Numbered from the stretch's first letter, positions 27,859-42,341 are shown. The stretch: DNA of 64,000 nt from Tubulanus polymorphus (GCF_964204645.1 NC_134029.1:12674850-12738849), one strand, 5' to 3'. Notes: generated by a model not told the origin, from the letters alone. Made by a program: numbers and translations.

Positions 27859-30840
27859 TTTTTAGCCCACTTGGGACTTTAGTCCCAGCGGGCTATTGCG
27901 TTCACTTTTCGTCTGTCGTCCGTCTGTAGACGGAATCCAGTTATATTGGGAAGTTTTGAAGACGATTTTAGGTAATGTCTTTATATTTGGTTTATGCATG
28001 TATCTACCCTAGACACATCTTCAGCCCCAAAAACTGGCCCTGTCAGATTCAAGATGGCCGACTGGCAGCCATTGTTGTTCGCCAAAATCAGCACTTTTTA
28101 GCCCACTTGGGACTTTAGTCCCAGCGGGCTATTGCGTTCACTTTTCGTCCGTCGTCCGTCCGTCCGTTCGCCCATCCGTAGACGGAATCCAGTTATTTTG
28201 GGAAGTTTTGAAAACGCTTCAAGGTAACGTCTTGATATTTGGGTTACACGTGTATCTACCCTAGACACATCTTCAGCCCAAAAACTGGCCCTCTCAGAAT
28301 CAAGATGGCTGACTGGCAGCCATTGTTGATCGCCAAAATCAGCACTTTTTACACATTTTTGAACTTTTTGAAGGAAATTTTTGAAGACGCTTTGATCAAT
28401 TACCTTGATCTTTCGGATATATGTGAATCCCCCCAGGGCCCATCAACATAACAAAAATTGTGGTCGGTCGGACTCAAGATGGCTGTCCTATGACCTTTTT
28501 AGTGCCCAAAAATGTTAATTTTTGCCCGAATTCTGAGTCCTGTAGCTTCCTACTGGTTAACCATTTCTCATTGCAATTTGTGATGGGTATTCTTTGGAAA
28601 GGGATGTTTTATACCTCAGACAGGTATTTTTCATCAGCCAATTATGACGCAATTGGCGGCCATCTTGGTGTCACCAGTACTCATTCGTAAGTGGGAAAAA
28701 GTTTTTCCACATTATATTGATACCTAAGCGTATTTTGCTACCACAATCATTTAGAAAGTTGTAGCTCATAACGTGTTCTATGATTGTGGTGAGTTTCAAG
28801 GTAATTGGATTTCGTATATGGCCACCAGGGGGCGTTGAATAATACAATATCTTAGCATTACTTTATTATATTCGTACCTATGCATATTTTGTAACCACAA
28901 TCAATTGGAAAGTTGTAGCTCATGACATCATCTATGATTGTTGTGAGTTTTAAGGACATTAGTTTTTCTATATGGTCACCAGGGGGCGTTGAATAGTAGA
29001 ATAACTTAGTATTTCCTTATTATATTGGTACCTAGGCATATTTTGTTACCATGATCAATTGCAAAGTTGTAGTTCATGACATGTTCTATGATTGTGGTGA
29101 GTTTCGAGGTCATTGGGTTCTGAATATGGTCACCAGGGGGCGTTGAATAGTAGAATGACTTAGTATTTCCATATTGAATTGGTAACGAGGCATATTTTGT
29201 TATCACAATCAATTACAAAATCGTAGCTGCTGACATGTTCTATGATTTTGGTGAGTTTCAAGGTCGCTGGTTTTTGTAAATGGTCACCAGGGGGCGTTGA
29301 ATATTGAAATTGTTAGATTGTTGAGCATTTGAAACCATTTCCCAAGTGGGCATGGTGTCCCTGGACCCCTAGTTTACATTTTCATTTCATTTTACATTTT
29401 AAGTTTTCGAGGGAGATTTTGAAGACGCTTAGATCGATTACCTTGATCTTTAGTTTGTATTTGAATCTACCAAGGGCCCATCAGCATAAGAAAAATTGGG
29501 TCGATCTGACTCAAGATGGCCATCCTATGACCTTTTTAGTGCCCAAAAATGTCAATTTTGACCAGAATTCTAGGTCCTGTAGCTTCCTACTGGTTTGCCA
29601 TTTCTCATTGCAATTTGTGATGGGTATTTTTTGGAAAGCGATGTTTTATACCTGAGACAGGTATTTTTCGATCAGGCAATTATGACGCAATTGGCGGCCA
29701 TCTTGGTGTCATCAGTAATCATTTGTAGGTGGAAAAAAGTTTTCCCACATTATATTGATACTTAAGCATATTTTGTTACCACAATCAATTGCAAAGTAGT
29801 AATAGGGATAATAGGGGTTCATACCAAAGGTCGAAGCGTCGTAAAATAAATTCTCGCACACTCGAATTTATTTTTCGACCCTTCAACCTTTGTTATGAAC
29901 CCGTATTATCCATACAACTATATTTTGCCTGAGACAGGTATTTTTGATCAGCCAATTATGACGCATTTGGCGGCCATCTTGGTGTCATCAGTACTCATTC
30001 GTAGGTGGGAAAAAGTTTGTCCACATTAAATTGATACCTAAGCATATTGTGTTACTATATTCAATTGGAAAAGTAGCCCATAACGTGCTCTATGATTTGG
30101 GTGAGTTTCAAGGTCATTGGTTTTTGTATGTGGCCACCAGGGGACCTTGAATAATACAATAATTTAGTATTTCTATATTATATTTGTTCCTATGCATATT
30201 TTGTTACCACAATCAATTGCAAAGTTGTAGCTCATGACATCTTCCATGATTTTGGTGAGTTTTAAGGACATAAGTTATTGTATATGGTCACCAGGGGGCG
30301 TTGAATAGTAGAATAACTTAGTATTTCCTTATTAGATTGGTACCTAGGCATATTTTGTTACCATGATCAATTGCAAAGTTGTAGTTCATGACATCGTCTA
30401 TGATTGTGGTGAGTGTTTGAGGACATTAGTTATTCCATATAGTCACTAGGGGGCGTTGAATAGTAGAATAGCTTAGTATTTCCTTATTAGATTGGTACCT
30501 AGGCATATTTTGTTACCATGATCAATTGCAAAAATGTGATTCATGACATGTACTACGATTGTGGCGAGTTTTAAGGTCATTGGGTTTTGCATATGGTCAC
30601 CAGGGGCGTTGAATAGTAGAATAACTTAGTATTTCCATATTAAATTGGTAACGAGGCATATTTTGTTATCACAATCAATTAAAAAATCATCGCTGCTGAC
30701 ATGTACTATGATTGTGGTGGGTTTCAAGGTCATTGGTTTTTGTATATGGTCACTAGGGGGCGTTATGTTTTGAAATTGTTAGATTGTTGAGCATTTGAAA
30801 CCACTTCCCAAGTGGGCATGGTGTCCCTGTACCCCTAGTT
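27859..30840 (+). mobile_element. Cluster of nested and tandem HINE family A copies
   Basis: 5' fragment 27859-28096, full copy 28096-29374, 5'-truncated pieces 29400-30840. Confidence 0.75.
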
Positions 30841-30849
30841 TTTTATATA

Positions 30850-32480
30850 TACACATACTAAATGTTCAGCGTTGGATGACAGACAGTAAGGACTGCAAAA
30901 TCAATGGATTTGAAGCGATGGCGGGATCCTCGGCCACGGAGAGTAACATAGCTTTAAGCTGCCAGTCAGAAACTGTTGTTGCTCCTACTACATAATCCTG
31001 TAATTTAACCGGAGGCTTTCGAACTCGGGTCGAACGTTTGGGAGCATCCAGAAATTACGTACCTCAAAATCTCCCATTTTTCTGACCCCCTTCCCCCTTG
31101 TACCACCTTTGTACCAAATTCACTGACCCCTCATAGGTACGTACCATGGTACCCATGACCACCCCTTCCCAATTGTATTGATGCAAAGAACACAAATCAA
31201 AACAAAATATAAAAAGTATAAATACCTGATTCCAACAAGTGCTTGTGAGATCGATACCGGTACCTGGTATGGGGAATTCCCTGTTGAAGTCTACTACAAG
31301 TCACTTGAACAAGTCACTAAAAGCCGATAAAACATCAGTATCAGCTATTTTCATTTGAGTTTGGTGCATAAAGTACGTACCAAGATTGATTAATACCCCT
31401 CCATCACAGTGCATACCTTTTTTGCTGACCCCTCCCCCCCCCCAATTAGAGGTACGTAATTTTTGGACGCTCCCTTTTACTGGAACCTCCGGGGATGTCT
31501 CTTCCAATTCTGCATCATTTACGTCTGATTCTGCATCATGTATATCTAAATCTGCATTATGTACATCAAAGTTCAAGTTATTTACATCTAATTCTGCATA
31601 ATTTACATTCATTTCCTGATTAGGTGAGTCCACTTGAGGCAGTGATGGTTCTTGAATTCTGTTGTCTCTACTTTCCAGGGTCACTCCAGGCTGAATAATA
31701 CTGGTTTCATCTTTTGTTTTGCTCTGACTACGGTTATCCTCAAGGACTGGTGATCTGAGCAAATTCTCAGAAGTTAAGATCTCATGATCTTCATTATGAG
31801 TTGATAACTCCGGACAATTTTTCGAAATGGTGATCAGTACCATTTGATCATCTGAACTGTTATCAGATGGACTGTCAAAATCGTTGGTTTCATCTACGGT
31901 TTCTTCCTTAATTGATTTACCTTCACCCGTCCTTTTCATCACTTTTTCCTTTACAGATTTAAGATGCTTCGATTCAAGAGCCTCTCTTAACGGAAATACC
32001 AGGGGGAAAAGCATATTTCGAGGCAACGTCCGTCTTTTTTCTGCTCTCTTCACCCTGAACAACAAATACTGGAAAATCCTCATCGGGTTGTTCAATAATT
32101 ATATACAGTTCTGTCTCCGAGTGGTCAGCTAGCTTCTGTCTACCTTTTAGGCCGACATTTCGAACTAGTACAGTATCACCTACTGCTAGTGCACAACCAT
32201 TAACTTTTTCATCATAATAATATGCTGATAGGGCTGATTTCTTTTGTAACTTTTCGTACGCTTCCGACCAAACTTTGTGAAGGTTCTTTTGTAATTCTTC
32301 ACTAAATTTGGTCTTGAAACGATGAAGACCAAACACTTGATAGACTGGAATGATTGGTTTTCTGCCATATAGTAACGTATAGGGTGCATAACCGGTAGAT
32401 TCATGTGGAGTACAATTGTACTGCCAGACAACTGTTTTCAGATGATCTTTCCACTTAAGCTTTGATTGTGGGTCGAGAAG
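30850..32480 (-). mobile_element. Ty3/Gypsy pol 3' fragment (integrase C-terminus)
   Basis: WKDHLKTVVWQYNCTPHESTGYAPYTLLYGR, VGDTVLVR, RTLPRNML, and RSTRVRKPP after removing the MITE. Confidence 0.85.
31040..31474. mobile_element. PIF/Harbinger-type MITE inside the Gypsy fragment
   Basis: TTT-GGGAGCATCCAGAAATTACGTAC ... GTACGTAATTTTTGGACGCTCCC-TTT; excision restores PVK-RSTRVRKPP. Confidence 0.8.
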
Positions 32481-32559
32481 CCCTAAGGCCGCGCCAAAAG
32501 AAACCTGCTTCTCGGGCGAAGCAATCTCCAATGTGGGTAGGTAGGTAGGGGACTTAAAT

Positions 32560-33426
32560 GCCAGCCGTAGGCTGAGCCTATTACTATACAAATGGAGCAA
32601 ATTTAAATGACATGGTTTCCAGAGTAAAGGCTATTTGACAGTGCAACTGAGCATATATTCATCCAAATCATTCATTAGAGCATTATCCATTCTCCATCCC
32701 CTATGAAGCTGAATTTTGAAAGAGGGCCTTGTAAAAATTTATATGAACTTTTTCGCGAAAATCTGATCGCAAAAAATATCTGTTTTAAAAAGCCAATCAG
32801 AAAGCAAAGACTCCTCTATGATTGGCTTAGCAATCATAGCACTAATCTTAGATCAGCAGGTGTTCACGTGAACCCACGGTATCGTCTGCCGTTTTACTTC
32901 CAGGTTTTATTTTAAGATCTAAAATTGTATTTCAATATCGATTTCAGTGAAATAGGAGTATTTTTATTTACACTTCAGAAAATATCATTGACAATTGTGC
33001 AAAGTCCGGGAAAAATAGCTTCTCAAATCGGATGGAAAACCTTGATATGCTAATTAGCCATGTGCTCAAACTGCAAATTCAATCAAATTTTATTCTACAA
33101 ATATCAAATCCAATTCAATTTTACTTCATTGAACAAGGTTCAACAGCAAATCCAATTCAATTTTGTTTTATTGAGCAAATTTTAGAAAATTCAATCCTAT
33201 TCCGCATTCAAATCAATAAAACCAAGGGAAAAGATTTATCTGAGGTAATTGTTCCTGCCAGCTCCAGTCGCTGTCTGTGCTACTTATGTAAACACGATAT
33301 TAGCCTGGAATTGACTAAGTCTATGAGCTGGGAGTGTATTTGGACAAATTTAACCCACAGAATGCATCATTTGCCATTTTATGAAAAGCTGACAGGCTGG
33401 CATTAGTGCCCCTTGGGGCTCTTGTT
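32560..33426 (+). mobile_element. HINE family B copy
   Basis: Collinear with 18310-19203. Confidence 0.75.
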
Positions 33427-33919
33427 TTTTCTTTAAAAAAAAAAAAAAGATTTAGGGTTTTCTTGAGAAAGTGGGTAGGTAGCCGTAAATGATTTTTAGC
33501 CCACTGGGGACTTTAGTCCCAGCAGGCTATTGTGTTCACTTTTCGTCCGTTCGTCCGTCGGATCATAGACAGAATCCAGTTATTATGGGAAGTTTGGAAG
33601 ACTCATCAATGTAATGTCTTGATATTTGCCATTGAAGTATTTTAGGCATTGTGGCACAGACAGTTTGTAGGTTTGTGGATAGGAAACTCTTTTTCCTTCA
33701 TTTTGAGCATTTCAAATCTGATATTCAGATGTCTAATGACTGGCTGCATACTTTGCAAATAAAACACCTCGAATTCTTGTTTAGATAGAAATAGCTCCCT
33801 AACCTGAATAAATCGATAAAACAAAACAAGTGTACTTTATACAAAACTCAATATTAGGTACAGGATATCAATTGTGAGAATAATATGACAGGATTAAACA
33901 AGAAAATTAATTTAAAAAT

Positions 33920-36900
33920 ATAGCTGCAAAGCAGCGATAACGGGTTTTCTGCACAGTCTTAGAATCTTGTTCAACGGTGGATTTCGACAAAGCATTTGAT
34001 AAGGCACAAGATCAGCCATTACTAAACAGGCTATTAGGAAACAGTATCAATGATAGGTCACCCAAATGGCTCAGCAGTTATCTCTGAATGAAAACTTGTA
34101 GCCGAAATCAACGGAACGCCTCATTTTGGAATAAGTCGGTCTAACTAGTGGAGTCACGCAAGGCAGTATCCTAGGTCGTCTTCTGTTTAATGTCCTGACA
34201 AATGACATACACAGTAATCCAAAATATACCAGACCGAGTAAATTTCCAAAACGAACTTAACACGCTGTTTGACCAAAAACTTAATGTTCCGACAAGAAAA
34301 TCATGTTCGAGTGAAAACAATTTAGTTTGGTTGAACAATACGCTTTTTTTGAACCAAAACTTTCTTCATTCTGACAAAAAATGTGTTCGAATGAAAAGCT
34401 ATGTAATTGTTGAAATGAAAAACTTTTTGTCCCGGCAAAAAAATTTGGTTGAGCAAAAAGAATTTTTTCGACAGAATGTTTGAATGAAAACAATTCTGTT
34501 CGATTGAACGAAATACTTAATACTTTTGGTTCGGAGAAAAAACTTTTTACAATATACTTGTTCGAACGAAAAACTTAATGTTCTGACAAGAAAATTCTGT
34601 TCAAATTAAAACGATTCTGTTTCGATCGAACGATGTTCGAACGAAAAACTTTTCGTTTGGAAAAAAAAGTTTGTTCAACTTTGTTCTAACGATTTTTCGA
34701 ATTGGTACTATCGAAAAGAATATTATTGGTTGGACCGAAATAAATTTTGTTTCGACGAAAGAATTTTCAAAGGTCTTTTGAACGAAAAAAAAGATATTTC
34801 TCGGGCTCCGCAGTAACTTAAAGCCGGACGTAGGTCGGCCGTGTGATGCGATGCGATCCTCGCGTTGCATCGCAAGTTTTGGTGCAAGTCGGTTGCGATA
34901 CGATTGTGTGCAACAAGTTTCTGCCAGTCGCAAGAGTGCGTAGGTCGGTTGTGACAGTCGTGTCGCGTCGCAGAAAGTAGAACACGTGTGACTCCTTGAA
35001 ACTGGCGTTGCTGACAGTCGCAACCCTTCGCAAGGGAGCGTAGGTCAATGAGTCGTTGTGACACAATCGTCGCTGGCGGTCGCAGTGAATGGCGTCGCAG
35101 TGAGTCACAAGCCGTCGCAAAGCTGACCTACGCCCGCCTAAACTCATTAGGAATTAATGAAATACCAGTTTCATTTATGATGGAAAAACTCAAATGAAAA
35201 GTCTGGCTTAAAAAGCTGTCTGCTCATACGAGATTTTCAAAAAAAATCTTTGCCAATAAAATAGATAATTGTGATTGATCGTTGCAAGTCAGAACCAGTT
35301 AATCACTAATTAACGTGCATTTTAATAAATCTGGTTCCTCCTATACAGTGAACTTAGCTTTAACCTAGTAGAGGCTACTAGCCTATGTAAGCCTATGTAT
35401 ATGCGTAGGCTTAACATCCGGACTGATTTGTCGTAGGCCTATTGAATACCAACCCTCCTAAATATCGTAAATTTTGTTTGAAGTTCAATCCAATGAGTCC
35501 GTTATTAAACGCAACATTTATACTGTGTTATTAAAGCCATTACTAAACAGGCTATTAGGAAACAGTATCAATGATAGGTCGCCCAAATGGCTCAGCAGTT
35601 ATCTCTGAACGAAAACTTGTAGCCGAAATCAACGGAACGCCTCATCTTGGAATAAGTCGGTCAAACTAGTGGAGTCAAGCAAGGTAGTATCCTAAGTTGT
35701 CTTCTGTTTAATGTCCTGACAAATGACATACACAGTAATCCAACATATACCAGACCAAATAAATTTCCAAATCGACCTTAACATGCTGTTCGACCAAAAA
35801 ACTTAATGTTCCAACCAGAAAATCTTGTTCGAATGATAATAATTCTGTTTGATCGAACAATACGCTTTTGCTTGAACCAAAAATTTTCTTCATTCTCACA
35901 AAAATATGTTCGAATAAAAAGCTATGTAATTGTTGAAATGAAAAATTTGGTTGAGCAAAAACAATTTTTTCGAACGAATGTTTGAATGAAAACTATTCTG
36001 TTCGATTGAACGAAATACTTAATACTTTCGGTTCCGGAGAAAAAACTTTTTTCAATATACTTGTTCGAACGAAAAACTTAATGTTCTGACAAGAAAATTC
36101 TGTTCAAATTAAAACGATTGTTCGAACGAAAAACCTTTCGTTTGGACAAAAAAAAGTTTGTTCAACTTTGTTGTAACGATTTTTCCAAATTGGTTCAATC
36201 GAATAGAATATTATTGGTTCGAACGAAATAAACTTTGTTCCGACGAAAGAATTTTCAAGCGAAAGGTCTTTTGAACGAAAAAAAGATATTTCTGGTGCTC
36301 CGCAGTAACTTAAAGCCGGACGTAGGTTGGTCTTGTGACACGATGCGATCGGTGCAAGTCGGTTGCGATACGATTGTGTGCGACTAGTTTCTGCCAGTCG
36401 CAAGAGCGTGTCGGTTGGTTGTGACACAGAAAGACTGCTGAAAGTCGCAACCCGTTGCAAGGGAGCGTAGGTCGATGAGTCGTGGCGACACAATCGTCAC
36501 TGGCGGTCGCAGTGATTGGCGTCGCTGGCGGTCGCAGTGATTGGCGTCGCAGTGAGTCACAAGCCGTCGCAAGGCCGACCTACGCCCTGCTTATCGTGTC
36601 GCATCGCAAGTTTCAGTTCAAGTCGGTTGTGATACGATTGTGTGCGACTAATTTCTGCCAGTCGCAAGAGCGCGTCGGTTGGTTGTGACAGTCGTGTCTC
36701 GTCGCAGAAAGTAGAACACATGCGACTCTTGTGACTGGCGTTGCTGAAAGTCGCAACCCGTCGCAAGGGAGCGTAGGTCGATGAGTCGTTGCGACACAAT
36801 CGTCGCTGGCGGTCGCAGTGAATGGCATCGCAGTGAGTCACAAGCCGTCGCAAAGCCGACCTACGCTTGCCTTAGCTCATTAGGAATTAATGAAATACCA

Positions 36901-38090
36901 GTTTCATTTATGATGAAAAAACTCAAATGAAAAGTCTGGCTCATAAGGCTGTCTGCTCAGACGAAATTTTCAAAAAAAATCTTCATTTTTTGCAATAAAA
37001 TTGATAATTGTGATTGATAGTTGCAAATCACAACCAGTTAATCACTAATTAACATGCATTTTAATAAATCTGATTCCTCCTTTACAGTGAACTTAGCTAT
37101 AACCTAGTAGAGGCTACTAGCCTATGTAGGCCTATGTATATGTGTAGGCCTAACATCCGGACAGATTGGTCGTAGGCCTATTGAATAACAACCCACCTAA
37201 ATATCGTAAATTTTGTTTTGAAGTTCAATCCAATGAGTCCGTTAATAAACGCAACAATTATACTGCGTTTGTTTGAGACAGTAAAGCTCAGTACTGGTAG
37301 GCCTAAAGCCACGTAAAACTCGATAAACACTTCAAGCGACACAGCGAACGACCTCCTTTCCCCCACAGCGAACGCTTACTCCGAATGTGACGAGTCGAGC
37401 ATACGGAAAGGAGTGTGTTATATACTTGTATTTAGTAAATACCTTGTGCATTTGACAATGATCGGTATGTACTGTAGGAAATATCGAGTATTGATGGTAT
37501 TGATAGAGGTTGAAGCCCGCGGCCTAATAAAGTAATATATTCTTTTATTTTGATACCTCGTCGACATAACAGCTTTTCTCCGCTATATCTCTTCGGCGTG
37601 TTTCGTTTAGGCCTATGACTCCCCGGTATACTTATGATTATCTTAGTAAATACACGGTTAATTTGGTTAAGAAAAATAGGTATTGTTAAACTAACTGCTA
37701 GAAGCCTGCAACCAAATCACTGGTAGTAATAAATTAATTTGTACTCGATTCGATTCTCATGATGAGGAGAAACTCGCAGCTGATCCCCGGAACGACGATG
37801 TAGTGACACACGTCGATTCGTCGATGTTTACGGCTCAACAGTGCTTTTAAAATCTAAAGTAGTAAATTTCCTGTATATCGGTAATATGTTTTGATGAGGA
37901 AAATGGGCTATTGTTAAAATTATTTTTTAAAAACCACGACAAACTGTGCAATCTCTGGGTAATAAATTTGTTAATTTATGCTTGAATTGATAATCGACTT
38001 GACAAGAAACGTGCGGTAGATTTCGTAAAGAAGACTTAGAAAAACATGTCGGCTCTTTGAATGGGGCTCAATTTTCGATGTTTACGGCCC
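33920..38090 (+). repeat. Composite repeat unit, copies 2 and 3 in tandem
   Basis: Collinear with 25060-27400; a fourth short start follows at ~38105-38225. Confidence 0.75.
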
Positions 38091-38220
38091 GACAGTGCTT
38101 TTGTATCGTCTTCTGTTTAATGTCCTGACAAATGACATACACAGTTATCCAAAATATACCAGACCGGGTAAATTTCCAAAACGACCTTAACACACTGTTC
38201 GACCAAAAAACTTAATGTTC

Positions 38221-38464
38221 CGACAAAACCACGGGCGACAAAACCAAAATTATGAATTGTCGCGGGTGGCAAAACCAAAATATTGAATTGTCACGGGCGA
38301 CAAAACAAAAATAATGAATTGTCGCGGGCGATAAAACCAAAATAATGAATTGTCGCGGGCGATAAAACAAAAATAATGAATTGTCGCGGACGACAAAAAC
38401 AAAATATTGAATTGTTGCGTGCGACAAAACCAAAATAATGAATTGTCGCCGGCGACAAAACCAA
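38221..38464 (+). repeat. ~31-bp tandem minisatellite (about 7-8 copies)
   Basis: CGACAAAACCAAAATAATGAATTGTCGCGGG repeated head-to-tail without spacers. Confidence 0.85.
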
Positions 38465-39143
38465 ACTAGGGGTACAGGGACACCATGCTCACTTGGGAAG
38501 TGGTTTCAAATGCTCAACAATCTAACAATTTCAATACATAACGCCCTCTAGTGACCATATACAAAAACCAATGACCTTGAAACCCACCACGATCATAGAA
38601 CATGTGAGCAGCTATGATTTTGTAATTGATTGTGATTACAAAATATGCCTCGTTACCAATTTAATATGGAAATACTAAGTTATTCTACTATTCAACCCCC
38701 CTGGTGACCATATGCAAAACCCAATGACCTTAAAACTCACCACAATCGTAGTACATGTCATGAAATACAACTTTACAATTGGTCATAGTAACAAAATATG
38801 CCTAGGTACCAATCTAATAAGGAAATACTAAGCTTTTCTACTATTCAACGCCCCCTGGTGACTATATGGAATAACTAATGTCCTTAAAAACTCACCACAA
38901 TCATAGACGATGTCATGAACTACAACTATGCAATTGATCATGGTAACAAAATATGCCTTGGTACAAATATAATATAGCAATACTAAGTTATTGTATTATT
39001 CAACGCCCCCTGATGGCCACATACAAAAACCAATGACCTTGAAACTCACCAAAATCATAGAACACGTTATGGGCTACAACTTTCCAATTGAATATATTGA
39101 CACAATATGCTTAGGTATCAATTTAATGTGGAAAAACTTTTTC
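38464..39143 (-). mobile_element. HINE family A 3' half, inverted, abutting Polinton 1
   Basis: Begins AACTAGGGGTACAGGGACACCATGCTCACTTGGGAAG, the reverse complement of the family A 3' end. Confidence 0.8.
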
Positions 39144-39374
39144 ATAATTATCAATTTCATTACTTAAATTATCAACAACTTCACTTTTATTATTATCAAT
39201 TTCTATTAGTTTAGTTTTATAATTTTTGAAAATAGGATCAAATATCAAAGATATATTACAAGGGTATTACATAACATAAGCCATCATTATTTTCATGTTT
39301 ATCAATGTATGGAATATGTTTATATACTTTACCTGCCTCCATTTATTAAATAAATTTTTATTAAAACTAAAATT

Positions 39375-40599
39375 TTAATACATAACACTATTGAATTGAG
39401 AATTTACAATATTTAATTGCGCATCAGATATAATATAAATGTGCATTTTGAAATTTAAACTTCCTTTTTTCTTTGTCATGAATAATTGTATTCCATCTTT
39501 AGTGTTCTGTAGTTTTTTCCCAGAACCATGTAATAAATTATCTTCAGTTGTTCTAAAATCTAACCATAATGCGTATTTATTACCGGTATAATAATCAATT
39601 TGATTAATATTTCAATTTTCAAATGATTTTACTTTTTCATTCATAAAATGTTTTCTAATTTCTGGTCACTGATCTATCATTCTCATTCCCTGGCAAAATA
39701 TTTTATTTGCTATACCTTCAATAGTTATTTCTACTTTTGTTATTTCAGGATTCAACCTGTATTGCACCATTAGAATATGTTGCAATGGTAAAAAATATTA
39801 ATATACCTTTAATAGATCTTCTTGGGAAGTTGATATTCTCATTAATTATTTCATCACTTGTATTAATAGTTACAGTTTTAAATTTATCAATATAATCATA
39901 TAATAATGAAAATCCTTGATTGTATTGAGTTTGAATTATGCTTGAAATATTTTCATCAGTTACTGTATCATATTCTAAACATATATTCGATAATTTATAA
40001 CCCATATCTTTAACAACGCTAGATAATACAATTTCATTAATAGGAGAAAATGTTATTTCAAATATAATATCTTCTTGAATTGCATATTTATATGAAGGCG
40101 CATAATTATTTATCAATTCAGTCTAATGGAATTTTATATTTGCTTCCATAAATCTTTTTTATTAAATTATCTGCGGTACGAGTTACTATTGCGTCATTAG
40201 CTCCTGATCTTAATTTATTATGGTTTTCTGATTCGATATCATATTATTTCTATTTTCTTTGGTTAACCATAAATCTTTATAATGCATAAATAAATTATAA
40301 TCATCTAATGAAAAAACTGTTTCTGGTCCAATCTTTACAGTTAATTTTTTAATCAAATATCTTCCAACATTATCTACAACATAATTATTATCATGACCAG
40401 TTACTTTTATATCAGCTGATAAATAAATACTATTTGGAACATAAAAAGTATTTTGTGTTAATCGAGGAATTCTAACATATAAAGTTTCATCACGATTAAT
40501 ATTAGAAGGATTAGGAGTAATTATATGATGAGATCTTTCTGCCTTAATAGCATTAGATATTCTAGAACTCTTAGAAGGATTTATGTAACTCCCACTCAT
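39375..40599 (-). pseudogene. Putative double jelly-roll major capsid protein, frameshifted
   Basis: About 400 codons: HIITPNPSNIN..LYVRIPRL, NVGRYLIKKLTVKIG, NICLEYDTV, NINFPRRSIKGILIFF, ending YIISDAQLNI. Assignment by family resemblance, size and context. Confidence 0.65.
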
Positions 40600-40619
40600 T
40601 TATTTAACAAAAAAATTAA

Positions 40620-42324
40620 TTATTTATTTTTTATCATATTCACTAACCCCAAAATAATAGCACTAACAATTGTAATTAAAAATAAAATAATATGTTAAGC
40701 AGCAAAGTTAATATTTCCACCAGATTTTGATACAAAACCAACAATTGATGCTATAACTCCGAGTAAAGCTGCAGCAGATTTTTTAGATAGTTCTCATAGA
40801 TATTTTGCTAATTTTTTTAAACCATCTTTATCCTGTATAGAATTATTAATTGGTGTTTTATCCGGTTTATTGGGTGTAGGCGTAGATTTCAATGAATTTT
40901 AAAAAGCTAAACCAATTGTTGTAAATATCATAGTTACAGCTGTTAGAATTTTTTATTGTTATAACTTCTTAGTTAAATAATAATCTCATTCTGTCTTTCA
41001 ATGATATTTTAGAATCTGGTTTAATTATTAAATCTTTAAAAATAACTTTTAATTTTTTAATATGATTAAGATCATATGATTTCAATAATATATCTCTTTC
41101 TTTTTCCTGTAATTCTTTGTTATATTTTAAATCATCAATTTCTTTTTCTAAAGCTAACTTTCTGCATTCATATTCAACTTCATCAATTACTTGAAGATCT
41201 CTATTTAATTCTAATTGTTTTAATTCTTCATTTGCATTACTTAAATTTTTTTCTAACATGGTTATTTTAGAAAATTTCATCTTAATATTAGCAATTTCAC
41301 CAGCTGATTCTTGCATACCTTTAATTTCTGTACGTGCTTGTTCAGGAAATATTTTTAATTGTTCTTCATTTAAATCAAGTAATCCTTCTTTTGATAAAGA
41401 TTGCATTCGATTTGTTCCAGTTTCAGTACCAGGTGTATCTAAAACATTATTCATCTCTTCTTCAAATGAATGAACTGTTTCTAACATGCTATCAAAATGT
41501 TTTACTAATTGTAATTGACTTGAATCATTATCAATTTGTTGAATATCTCTTCTCGATGTTTCTGGTGTTGAAGATCTTAATTTATCTAATCGATCTCCAT
41601 ACTCTTCTATTTCTGGTTCAACATAAGTAGGATTAAAATTTGGATTTTTAAATGGTGAATATTTGTTAATATCAATACCAACATTTGGTTCTTCTTCATT
41701 TATTCTATCGAGTGCATTCCATATAATTCTGAGAAATTCTGTACCACCTTTTGAATGTTCAATTGAAGATTCAGGATGGTACAGATCTTCTTGTCCCATT
41801 TTAGATAATTGAATTGATACAGGTTTGTTATTTAATTCGACATTATAATACCATGAATCATTTTTAAATTCTAAATTATTCATGAAATGTGGATCATCTT
41901 CTCTAATTTGTTCTGAAATATCTTCTCGTTCAATGTTATCCATTACATTTTTTTGTAATAATTCTTCAATAACTGTATTTGTTACACTATGTTTTATGTA
42001 TAATAATTCGTTTTTCAATTCAAGGTTTTCTCTTCTTTCTAATCTATCAATTAAATCTTTTCTTTCTGGTCTAGTTTTAATTATTATCTCATAGTGGGAT
42101 TCTAAATAATTTTTTAATTTTTTATCTGTTTCAGTATCATCTTTAAATTCATCATAATCATATAATATAGGCCCACTAGAATCATCCTCACCTAAATTAG
42201 TATTATATGCTGATCCATCATCATTATCAATATTAGTTTCATTAAATTCAGGTTGTGGTTCATCACTTATACCAGGGGCGTCACCAAATTTATCCATTGG
42301 AATATCTTCTCCACCTTCTGCCAT
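40620..42324 (-). pseudogene. Large acidic/coiled-coil protein with C-terminal hydrophobic helices
   Basis: 451-aa ORF with heptad-like region LEKNLSNANEELKQLE; the disrupted continuation has hydrophobic segments (AVTMIFTTIGLAF, AAALLGVIASIVGFV, ILFLITIVSAIILGLV). Confidence 0.7.
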
Positions 42325-42341
42325 TTACATAATAAAGAAAA

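Noticed and set aside
29651-30070. ~145-bp flanking duplication as a TSD of the orphan hairpin
   Set aside because: The two copies differ at many positions, so they are more likely two distinct HINE-A copies joined by deletion.
25843-36853. Cys/Arg-rich ORFs (MRRLVTHCDA...)
   Set aside because: Artefacts of the GC-rich GTCGCA-repeat Harbinger MITE.
38221-38464. 31-bp repeats as a CRISPR array
   Set aside because: Units are head-to-tail without unique spacers, there are no cas genes, and the context is eukaryotic.
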